Source of the DNA: Candidatus Scalindua sp.
GTDB lineage: Bacteria; Planctomycetota; Brocadiia; Brocadiales; Scalinduaceae
Assembly: GCA_031316235.1 (NCBI GenBank)
Contig: JALDRA010000001.1
Span: forward strand, 1-32,000
Reading direction: 5' to 3'
Length of the DNA: 32,000 nt
Positions 9,069-16,155 of the stretch are shown one piece after another (within the stretch, counting starts at the first letter, position 1; every line of letters starts with the position of its first letter). The position numbers were made by a program, and so were the translations under genes. The notes under the pieces are model-generated. The model ran no database searches, was not told the origin of the DNA, and saw only the letters and a list, made by a program, of their open reading frames with translations.

Positions 9069-9722
9069 CTAAGGAAGATATTTTGTGAGTAACGGTAACA
9101 TATCCGTGATAAATTCTTCAATTCTCATCATTGCACCATTTTCATCCTTATTAATAATCATCGTTGAAAGCCGGATCAAGCCACTTGTGCTTTTACCTGA
9201 TTTCATTTCACTCATAACAATATTAATCTGCTGCCTGTAATAATTGCTCGTATACTCTCTATTACATTTATACCAATAAAGCACGAGTAGTTTTTTGTTA
9301 CCTTTTTCCATAACTAATTTTATTACCCGGAACCTGGGGTAATCATCAGATTTTATTGAGAGCAAAACAGGACTCTTCTCCTCCAATGACCACCCGTCTC
9401 CCTGGAAACATACTTCGGGAGGGTGTGCAACTTTCCTATTATTTACAGCATACACAATACCCAGTTCAACAGGAAGACTCTTGACCTTTTGGTAATGACG
9501 CATTAAAACGTCATTGGTTTCAAGAATCTCAAGCGTTCTGCCATCAACCTGAATATCTTTACCATACCAATCATTAATTATAGTTGGTAACTGTTTTGCG
9601 TAAATTATATTTTGCTGTGAAGGCTCGTTAACAGACAACAGGAAGGTTAGAATTGCAGTCATAAAAAGGAGTCCCACTATTATCATATATCGTTTATTCA
9701 AAACTGAGCTTCTTTCTGTCAT
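9069..9722 (-). CDS. epsI: EpsI family exosortase-associated protein
   Basis: 217 aa with an N-terminal TM helix. It carries LPTIINDWYGKD, the AHPPEVCFQGDGW motif (family hallmark H-x-P-E-x-C-x-x-G-x-GW), and YWYK followed by a GLIRLST tail typical of EpsI. Confidence 0.8.
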   Translation of the reverse strand: MTERSSVLNKRYMIIVGLLFMTAILTFLLSVNEPSQQNIIYAKQLPTIINDWYGKDIQVDGRTLEILETNDVLMRHYQKVKSLPVELGIVYAVNNRKVAHPPEVCFQGDGWSLEEKSPVLLSIKSDDYPRFRVIKLVMEKGNKKLLVLYWYKCNREYTSNYYRQQINIVMSEMKSGKSTSGLIRLSTMIINKDENGAMMRIEEFITDMLPLLTKYLP

Positions 9723-9940
9723 TAATTCTAAGTTCTTAGTAGATCAAATAAATTATACCAGCATAACTGTAACCTTACTTCACCGATATTTCAAAGTTTA
9801 ATGTGTCCCCTCCCCTTTGTCCCATCCTTTCAACGGAGGAGAAGAGCATTGCAAAGGGATGGTTTTTCTGTCACTTACCAGATGGTATAAGTTTACAAGT
9901 AACTAAAAATGGATAATATTTAAAGTCAGAATTTTGAATA

Positions 9941-10052
9941 TATATTAAAACCGATTTGGTTTTCGGTTTTACCGGAAACCAAATCTTGGTGAAGGTATAC
10001 TCGCTCAAATTTATCTCGGATTTTATCCGAAAACCATTATGAGATGAGTATA
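9941..10052 (+). mobile_element. MITE-like element family 1, copy B (112 bp), filled site
   Basis: Same sequence as copies A and C. It sits between ttgaatata and gaatacgg, which are contiguous in the paralogous segment at 11731-11746 (ttgaatatagaatacgg). Confidence 0.8.
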
Positions 10053-10062
10053 GAATACGGAA

Positions 10063-10440
10063 TTATTTATTTTGATTTCTATTTTGTTTAGCTGTGCTGA
10101 CCGATGATACAAAAATTGCCACAAGCTTATTTGCCTCATCATATAAAGTTTTGGTTATTTCTTCTGTAACCATACTACTTTCAACCAATAATTCTAACCA
10201 ATATTGTGTTTCTTCGAGTTCTTGTAAGCAAATTCCCAATTTTGCAACAAACTCTTGAGATGATCTTGCTCGACAGCCTTCGCGGTAATTAGCACCTACT
10301 GATGTTCCTGAACGTAAAATCTGTTTCCCAATGATTTGAGCTTCAACATTTTTTGGCAAAGAAGTAAATAACTCAATTATCTGCAAAGCAAATTCTTTTG
10401 TCCTTATTTTCAGATCGTTTATTTTCCCTGTTTTTCTCAT
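10063..10440 (-). CDS. Four-helix-bundle protein (23S rRNA intervening-sequence protein / Avd-like family)
   Basis: GKQILRSGTSVGANYREGCRARSSQEFVAKLGICLQELEETQYWLELL matches the family signature. The ATG at 10440 is preferred; the ORF track extends to a GTG at 10452. Confidence 0.85.
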   Translation of the reverse strand: MRKTGKINDLKIRTKEFALQIIELFTSLPKNVEAQIIGKQILRSGTSVGANYREGCRARSSQEFVAKLGICLQELEETQYWLELLVESSMVTEEITKTLYDEANKLVAIFVSSVSTAKQNRNQNK

Positions 10441-10518
10441 TCTGAATTCCACATTCCGTATTCATCATTCATCATTCTGCATTCTGCATTTAGACCCATT
10501 CTGCATTTTGCATTTATA
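10441..10518. repeat. CATTCTG/CATTCAT-type heptanucleotide array
   Basis: tctgaattccacattccgtattcatcattcatcattctgcattctgcatttagacccattctgcattttgcatttata. It abuts the start codon of the four-helix-bundle gene. Confidence 0.7.
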
Positions 10519-10595
10519 CATTCTGTTTACCACGTGAAACGCAAAACCTATTCCACTGGCGCCTTCTTCAATTAGAAAATTCCGTGTTTTTAAGC

Positions 10596-10623
10596 TTGAC
10601 TCGATATAATAGACAAGTATCAT
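10596..10623 (+). promoter_or_regulatory. Candidate sigma70-type promoter for the DUF433/DUF5615 pair
   Basis: TTGACT (10596-10601), a 16-nt spacer, then TATCAT (10618-10623). A GAGGAGG Shine-Dalgarno sequence lies at 10637-10643 and the ATG at 10652. Confidence 0.4.
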
Positions 10624-10651
10624 ATAGAAAATTCTTGAGGAGGTATTTAAG

Positions 10652-10882
10652 ATGGTCGCATTTGAGCGAATTGAGCTAAATCCAAAAATATGTAATGGGA
10701 AACCCGTAATTAAAGGAACACGAATTCCTGTCTCTGTTATTTTGGAACAGATAGCAGAAGGTGAGTCTTGGGATGTATTGCTTGCTGGCTATCCAGAACT
10801 TAAGAAGGAAGACATTCAAGCAGCCTTACTTTATGCCGGAGCATTTATTGACCACACAGAGGTAAAAGCTGTTTGTACCTGA
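10652..10882 (+). CDS. DUF433 domain protein (putative antitoxin)
   Basis: 76 aa. ICNGKPVIKGTRIPVSVILEQIAEGESWDVLLAGYPELKKEDIQAALLYA is the canonical DUF433 pattern (GKP-x-I-x-GTRI ... YP-x-L ... edi-x-aAL-x-YA). Strong RBS. Confidence 0.85.
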   Translation: MVAFERIELNPKICNGKPVIKGTRIPVSVILEQIAEGESWDVLLAGYPELKKEDIQAALLYAGAFIDHTEVKAVCT

Positions 10883-10907
10883 ATCCCTCAAACTGTATCT
10901 GGATCAA

Positions 10908-11216
10908 ATGTTCCGAATTGAGGTAGCTCAGGCATTGCGTGACGAAGGTTATGATGTTGTGCGTGCATCAGAATTCAACCAAGCTCGTGCAGATGACCAA
11001 CAAATATTGGAAAAAGCAATTTCAGAAAATAGAGTTCTTATTACCCTTGATGAACATTTTGGTGATTGGGTAATACTACCGCTTAAACAACATCCGGGAG
11101 TAATTCGACTAAAAGCAAATCCAACAACATCTAAAAATGTTTTAAAGCTTCTCATACCGTTTTACGCCTTCAATCTCTTGAACAACTTAAAGATCATCTT
11201 GTTATACTCTCATTAA
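10908..11216 (+). CDS. DUF5615 (PIN-like/Mut7-C-like) protein, putative toxin; probably degraded at both ends
   Basis: ALRDEGYDVVRASE...DDQQILEKAISENRVLITLDEHFGDW...HPGVIRLK fits DUF5615. The family-like N-terminus (LKLYLDQ) lies upstream of the only ATG, and the C-terminal tail reads more family-like in another frame from about 11160. Confidence 0.6.
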   Translation: MFRIEVAQALRDEGYDVVRASEFNQARADDQQILEKAISENRVLITLDEHFGDWVILPLKQHPGVIRLKANPTTSKNVLKLLIPFYAFNLLNNLKIILLYSH

Positions 11217-11298
11217 AGCGTTCAAAATGGATACAAACTACATAATTGACAGATACCTTATTCTTTAGTTTGTTTCTATTGTTCCTTATTTCTCCATG

Positions 11299-11411
11299 TA
11301 TACTAAAACCGATTTGGTTTTCGGCTTTACCGGAAACCAAATCTTGGTTGCAGTTATACTCGCTCAATTTTATCTCGGATTTTATCCGAAAACCATTATG
11401 AGATGAGTATA
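11299..11411 (+). mobile_element. MITE-like element family 1, copy C (113 bp)
   Basis: tatactaaaaccgatttggttttcggctttaccggaaaccaaatcttggttgcagttatactcgctcaattttatctcggattttatccgaaaaccattatgagatgagtata. Confidence 0.8.
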
Positions 11412-11477
11412 TATCCATACATATGCTTCATTCTGTTTACCCCGTGAAATGTAAAACCTGTTTCACTGAGGCCTTCT

Positions 11478-11708
11478 GCATTTTGCATTTATACATTCTC
11501 CATTCCTCATTCGTTATTCTTTATTCCTACTTCTGCATTCAGCCTTTATATCCATTCATCATTCTGCATTCTTCATTCATCATTTATACTCATTCATCAT
11601 TATTCCTTCTTAATTCTTTTTAATTCCATATTCATCATTCTACATTCAGCCTTTATACCCATTCATCATTCTGCATTCTTCATTCATCATTTATCATTTA
11701 TACCCTCC
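11478..11708. repeat. CATTCTG/CATTCAT-type heptanucleotide array with a 55-bp block repeated at 107-bp spacing
   Basis: [g/a]cattcagcctttata[t/c]ccattcatcattctgcattcttcattcatcatttat occurs at 11535-11589 and 11642-11696. A third partial copy (gcctttatatccattcatcattctgcattc) is at about 12311-12340. Confidence 0.75.
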
Positions 11709-11748
11709 CTAGCATTTAAAGTCAGACTTTTGAATATAGAATACGGAA

Positions 11749-12126
11749 TTATTTATTTTGATTTTTATTTTGTTTAGCTGTGCTGATTGATGATACAAAA
11801 ATTGCTACAAGCTCATTTGCCTCATCATATAAAGTTTTGGTTATTTCTTCTGTAACCATACTACTTTCAACCAATAATTCTAACCAGTATTGTGTTTCTT
11901 CGAGTTCTTGCAAGCAAATTCCCAATTTTGCAACAAACTCTTGAGATGATCTTGCTCGACACCCTTCACGGTAATTTGCACCTACAGATGTCCCTGAACG
12001 TAAAATCTATTTCCCAATGATTTGAGCTTCAACATTTTTTGGCAAAGAAGTAAATAACTCAATTATCTGCAAAGCAAATACTTTTGTCCTTATTTTCAGA
12101 TCGTTTATTCTTCCAGTTTTTCTCAT
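11749..12126 (-). pseudogene. Four-helix-bundle protein paralogue inactivated by a nonsense mutation
   Basis: Collinear with 10063-10440, with about 17 substitutions and no indels. Codon 40 is CAG in copy 1 (10321-10323) and TAG here (12007-12009). Confidence 0.8.
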
Positions 12127-12392
12127 TCTGAATTCCACATTCCATATTCTTCATTCAATATTCAGTATTCATCATTGATCATTCCTCATTCCTCATTCTG
12201 CATTTAGACCCATTCTTCATTCTGCATTCATCCATTCCGCATTATTCTTTTTAATTCCATATTCTTCATTCTTCATTCATCATTTATACCCATTCTGCCT
12301 TCTGCCTTTATATCCATTCATCATTCTGCATTCTGCATTCTTCATTCTTCATTTATACCCATTCTGCATTTTGCATTTAAACCAATTCTTCA
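12127..12392. repeat. CATTCTG/CATTCTT-type heptanucleotide array
   Basis: Continuous cattc-based 7-nt periodic sequence punctuated by tttataccc/tttagaccc words. It runs from the pseudogene start codon into the last codons and stop of the exosortase gene. Confidence 0.75.
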
Positions 12393-13256
12393 TTCTGCGT
12401 TTATACGGTTTTTGTTACTTAAAAACAATCTGTCCAGTTTTCGCAAACCAATAGACAAGCAGAACAGCAAGATGAATGCAATGATGAAAATGAGAATTCC
12501 TGTTAAGTCGTGCACTAAACCAGACGCGATTTCTGTTCCCCAATTTTTTGCTACTAAACAGACTATTACTATCCTGATAATATTTGCTATCATTGCAGCC
12601 GGAATTGATGCAATAAACAAGATTGGTTTCATATAATTTGACATAGGAGATATATAGGCAAACAATGCACCAAAAGCTATTAAAGCTATCAATGACTTAA
12701 GTCCGCTACATACATCACCAACCACTACTGAAGCGTTGCTGAAGTATATCTTACTGCCATCCTGTATGGCAGGAATGCCAATAAGACTGATTATACTCAT
12801 TGCACAATCAGCTGCAAAAAGTTTTAATTTCAGACTTAATCCAGCAATAACTGAAAGCGGCATCGGAACCATAGTTATAAGAAAAAGAATTGGGAAAAGT
12901 AACTGTTTACCAATATTTTTACCAAAAAAGAAAAATACGATACCAAGCAGAACCAGTATCAGAGAAATGCCTGAGGTAAAGTGCACTCGCAAAAAAACAC
13001 TTCCAATCTGAACACATATGCCAGTAATAAATAGTATAATACCCCATTTGGAGGAACTGTACGTCGATTCACAAATGCGTCTTCTTTCCTTCCAAATTAA
13101 GTATCCTGCAACAAATGGAATAAGATACCCATGTGAATAATACGAACTACCATTTTTCCACCTATCTTCCATCCAGATAAATGTATTGTAATAGATCAAT
13201 ATAATTAAGAGAGCGATCATGACAGTTTTAAGATACGAAAAGAACCCTAACTTCAT
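12390..13256 (-). CDS. Exosortase (EpsH/Xrt family polytopic transpeptidase)
   Basis: 288 aa, multi-TM. It carries the catalytic-Cys motif VGDVCSGLKSLIAL, the Arg motif ANIIRIV and the His motif VHDLTG in the order expected for exosortases. The N-terminus W-x-x-x-x-YSHGYLIP is typical. Confidence 0.85.
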   Translation of the reverse strand: MKLGFFSYLKTVMIALLIILIYYNTFIWMEDRWKNGSSYYSHGYLIPFVAGYLIWKERRRICESTYSSSKWGIILFITGICVQIGSVFLRVHFTSGISLILVLLGIVFFFFGKNIGKQLLFPILFLITMVPMPLSVIAGLSLKLKLFAADCAMSIISLIGIPAIQDGSKIYFSNASVVVGDVCSGLKSLIALIAFGALFAYISPMSNYMKPILFIASIPAAMIANIIRIVIVCLVAKNWGTEIASGLVHDLTGILIFIIAFILLFCLSIGLRKLDRLFLSNKNRINAE

Positions 13257-13585
13257 AATTGTTCCGCCTTCCTGGTAATCCTTTGCTTGAAGATATATAG
13301 AAGAATCATACCGTTCAAAGATAGAGCTGGAAACTAAAAGCTTACTTAGTTACTAACGAAACTTTCCTAACTGAAATATCAAAAATAAGGGAAGAACTAA
13401 CAAAAGTAATTATATCAATAAGAAAAGGAATTTCTTTTATAAGAATGGAAAATCACAAATATGAAGGTGGAATTCATTAAGTGGAATGTAGGAACAATTA
13501 TCGCCGTTGCGGAATTTTTTACAGCAATTGTTAAACTCATTGGTTTATATAACCTATAATTACTTCTCCTTTTCTAATCAAATCA

Positions 13586-13821
13586 TCAAAAAATATTTTT
13601 CTCTTCCAAAACACTGGTAGTAATATGATAAAAAACCCCATGAATATTCCAAACGTATACGGATAGGCGGAGGTGTACCCCGACTGTAAAGATAATAGGG
13701 TACACCTGAATTGACTCCAGTGCTACCTTAGCCATAAACTCATGACTAAATCTCTTTCTCATTTTTTGGACCTCCCTTTTGTTAATTTAACATCAAAAAG
13801 GAGGTCCAAAAACCATGTCCA
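13586..13821 (-). pseudogene. IS3-family left end with degraded orfA remnant
   Basis: The minus strand reads tggacatgg (a TGGAC terminus like the intact IS3 at 17337), then a leader hairpin, then a 58-codon ORF. The ORF starts MRKRFSHEFMAKVALESIQ, compared with MRKRYGAKFKAKVAFEAIK in orfA at 17255, and loses similarity afterwards. Confidence 0.5.
13764..13811 (-). promoter_or_regulatory. Perfect 12-bp (extendable to 16-bp) hairpin covering the Shine-Dalgarno sequence of the IS3 orfA remnant
   Basis: ttttggacctcc (13764-13775) pairs with ggaggtccaaaa (13800-13811). On the minus strand the GGGAGG ribosome-binding site, 8-9 nt before the ATG at 13762, lies in one arm. Confidence 0.45.
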
Positions 13822-14416
13822 TTTTAGGGAATGCTGAAACAGGCTAAGCCCTTTAAGCATATTGCCGACATGCTCAAGCATAAATTATAGAGACTATTTT
13901 ATCTATACAAAAAGACAACTTTAGCTCGTTTGATGAAGCAGCACTTGAAATGCCTGAGGTGCTAAAATAAAATCCCTTAAATTCAACGGTTCTCTGGTAG
14001 ATAAAACAAAGCAGCTAATTGATCCTAAACAGTTCTGCGGTACTGATTATTTCAATCCGGTTAAACTGCATTACCACTTTGATCGCCATATTTCCAGACC
14101 TCAGTTTAAAGACAAAATGCTAACGGCATCAATTTCATAAAGTTATTTCGATACAATTACACATTTATTCCGCCACTTCTTTGAACGCTACAACGCGTCC
14201 TACGGCTGTTTAGCACCTGAGTCTGTTCCTTATCACAGCAACTTCTTTTGTTACTGGGCAGCTTTGGCTTTTACTTCCGAGCATATCGCATTTTGTTACC
14301 TCCATGAGCATCGAATATGCTAACCACCCGATTCGAGCAATTGGTGGTAAAGAAACTTTTACTCTTTTATATTCTCCCTTACCGGCCGCTCCGAAGGATT
14401 AGACTCTTTTTTTCGC

Positions 14417-15568
14417 CTAAAGAGTAGCCAACCTGCATACTTCTCTAGCATTCCATTCCCAATTCAATCGTTTCTCAACTTTAAGGCGAGCGTTTAACCC
14501 AATTTCCCGTCTAAAAGAAACATCTTTACAGAGTTTAGTAATAGCATTAGTTAGAGAACCAACGTCATTTTCGTCAAATAAAATACCATTTATGCCTGGA
14601 TCAACAATATCTAAAAAGTTGGCGCAATTGGGTATAACAACCGCTTTGCCAAGAGCCATATATTCAATCAACTTCATCGGGGACGCATAGAAAGTTGATC
14701 TTGGACTAACGGCAACATCAAAAAGATTAACAAATTCAGGAACTTGACTGTGGGCAATACGTCCTGTTATTTTATAATGCTCTCCAATCCCTGAATCCCT
14801 AGTCCAGGTTTCTATGTCCTGCCTGAGAGGACCATCTCCCACGATCAGTAAAAAAACAGGTATTTCCCTTTCGACCAATCTTGCAACTGTCTTAATCAAA
14901 ATATCGATCCCATGCCATGAACGAAGGATTCCAGAGAATCCAATAATTATCTCTCCATTATTAATTCCAAGCCGATTTAACAGTAATTTTGATTTGGAAT
15001 GTGGTTGAAATTTTTCTTTGTCAACCCCATTTGGCATAACTACAAGTTTTGTTTGTGGCACGCCCCTATAATGATAATATTCAGCAAGAGGCGATGATAC
15101 GGCAATTGTTTTTGTAGCATTAAGACATATCCACTTTTCTAAAAAATGAGCTAGCTTTTTAAAATATAATTGTTCATCAGGTTGGGTACTACGTTCAAGA
15201 GACAATGGAGCGTTAACTTCATTAATTACAGGTATACCAAAGTATTTACCCAAAAAAACTGAAGAGACGTTAAAGGTTATGTATCTGTCATAGATAAAAT
15301 CAGGCCTAAATGATTTTATATTTTTATATATATTTATAAACCCGATGAGATTATAACCAAGTTCAAGCAACTCATAAAAAAACCCTGGCAATATATTTTT
15401 GATTTTATATAAAACCGATGCTTTCTTACTCACATTATCACTTGTTTCTCCTAATGGCCCTATTACCAACACTTCATACCCAATTTCTCTAAAAGCCTTA
15501 ACCATTTCACGTATATGTATACCTTCGGCCCCATCCCCAAGTGTTCTATGATGATAAAGGATTCTCAT
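14417..15568 (-). CDS. Glycosyltransferase family 4 (GT-B, Glycos_transf_1 type)
   Basis: 383 aa. The N-terminus MRILYHHRTLGDGAEGIHI is typical. C-terminal domain motifs are GFSGILRSWHGID, LLIVGDGP and SPMKLIEYMALGKAVVIPN (E-x7-E region). Confidence 0.8.
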   Translation of the reverse strand: MRILYHHRTLGDGAEGIHIREMVKAFREIGYEVLVIGPLGETSDNVSKKASVLYKIKNILPGFFYELLELGYNLIGFINIYKNIKSFRPDFIYDRYITFNVSSVFLGKYFGIPVINEVNAPLSLERSTQPDEQLYFKKLAHFLEKWICLNATKTIAVSSPLAEYYHYRGVPQTKLVVMPNGVDKEKFQPHSKSKLLLNRLGINNGEIIIGFSGILRSWHGIDILIKTVARLVEREIPVFLLIVGDGPLRQDIETWTRDSGIGEHYKITGRIAHSQVPEFVNLFDVAVSPRSTFYASPMKLIEYMALGKAVVIPNCANFLDIVDPGINGILFDENDVGSLTNAITKLCKDVSFRREIGLNARLKVEKRLNWEWNAREVCRLATL

Positions 15569-16008
15569 AATATATCTAAATTTATGTTATAATCCATAGC
15601 ATTGCATGCAAAATTTAAGCTTTTACAAAAAATCAATAATAGAAACTACGGCAAAACCTCACTGTTAGACAAGTTAAGTCGCTATCGCGACAAAAATTTC
15701 TCGATAACAAATATATTTTATTCTATACTTTAGCCCATGGAGTGAAGTGGACCCCATGTCAAGACTGATTTTTTAAATATTTAAGCTACATATTTTGCCA
15801 TAAACATCCGCCAAACTTCTCGTCGGACAAGTCTTCATTTTTATGGGTGTGAACTGGATTGCTTGTCTTGTTTCTATTAAGATATCCTCCTTTTTAGTTA
15901 AAAATATTATGGTACTCAACATTCATTATGATAAACTGTAAAGACCTGACCGAAGGATAGGGCAATGCTGGGAAGCAACCCGAGCGTCGAGTCAGGTGAC
16001 TGAAGTAT

Positions 16009-16038
16009 AAGGCCATACAATTTGTGTGGCCTTTTTTT
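16009..16038 (+). terminator. Rho-independent terminator-like hairpin facing into the IS3 element
   Basis: aaggcca (16009-16015), an 11-nt loop, tggcctt (16027-16033), then a T-run to 16038. It is functional only for plus-strand transcripts, which are antisense to the IS3 genes. Confidence 0.45.
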
Positions 16039-16155
16039 ATATACTTTAGTCTGTTTAAGCGACAAATCCTGGGGGGCTTGGGGGGGGCAAAGCCCACCAC
16101 TATAATTTATGACAATTCATTTTTTGTTTTTCTATAAATAGTCTCCTTAATGAGG

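Noticed and set aside
8836-9092. Two overlapping plus-strand ORFs (78 and 64 aa) in the ORF track
   Set aside because: They are translations of the heptamer/44-bp satellite (FILLHFLNSVF... repeats). They have no RBS, are open in several frames simultaneously and are purely low-complexity.
11194-11418. 74-aa minus-strand ORF
   Set aside because: It starts in, and reads through, the family-1 MITE copy C. The same element is non-coding in its other copies.
11423-11623. 66-aa plus-strand ORF
   Set aside because: It lies entirely within the CATTC-type satellite array. The peptide is low-complexity (HSSFIILHSSFII) and is an artefact of stop-poor repeat sequence.
10063-12126. Diversity-generating retroelement (TR/VR pair) hypothesis, because 4HB proteins are Avd-like and two near-identical copies are present
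   Set aside because: The roughly 17 differences between the copies are spread over all four bases (C/T, A/G, G/C, A/T changes) and are not confined to adenines of one copy. No reverse transcriptase gene is in the window.
8906-12392. CRISPR array hypothesis for the repeated intergenic blocks
   Set aside because: There is no alternation of a constant 25-40-bp repeat with unique spacers. The sequence is continuous degenerate 7-nt periodicity, the higher-order units are themselves repeat-derived, and there are no cas genes or leader.
13415-13540. 41-codon hydrophobic minus-strand ORF (MSLTIAVKNSATAIIVPTFHLMNSTFIFVIFHSYKRNSFSY) just upstream of the exosortase, considered as a small exosortase substrate or leader peptide
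   Set aside because: It has no PEP-CTERM-like motif, no convincing RBS, and lies in an AT-rich region where such ORFs arise by chance. It cannot be supported from sequence alone.
16071-16087. G6 and G8 runs as a G-quadruplex
   Set aside because: Only two closely spaced G tracts are present, which is insufficient for a canonical four-tract intramolecular quadruplex.
15894-16100. 68-aa minus-strand ORF in the IS3 tail
   Set aside because: It spans the terminator hairpin and the G-runs, has no RBS or recognisable motif, and the region is better explained as non-coding.
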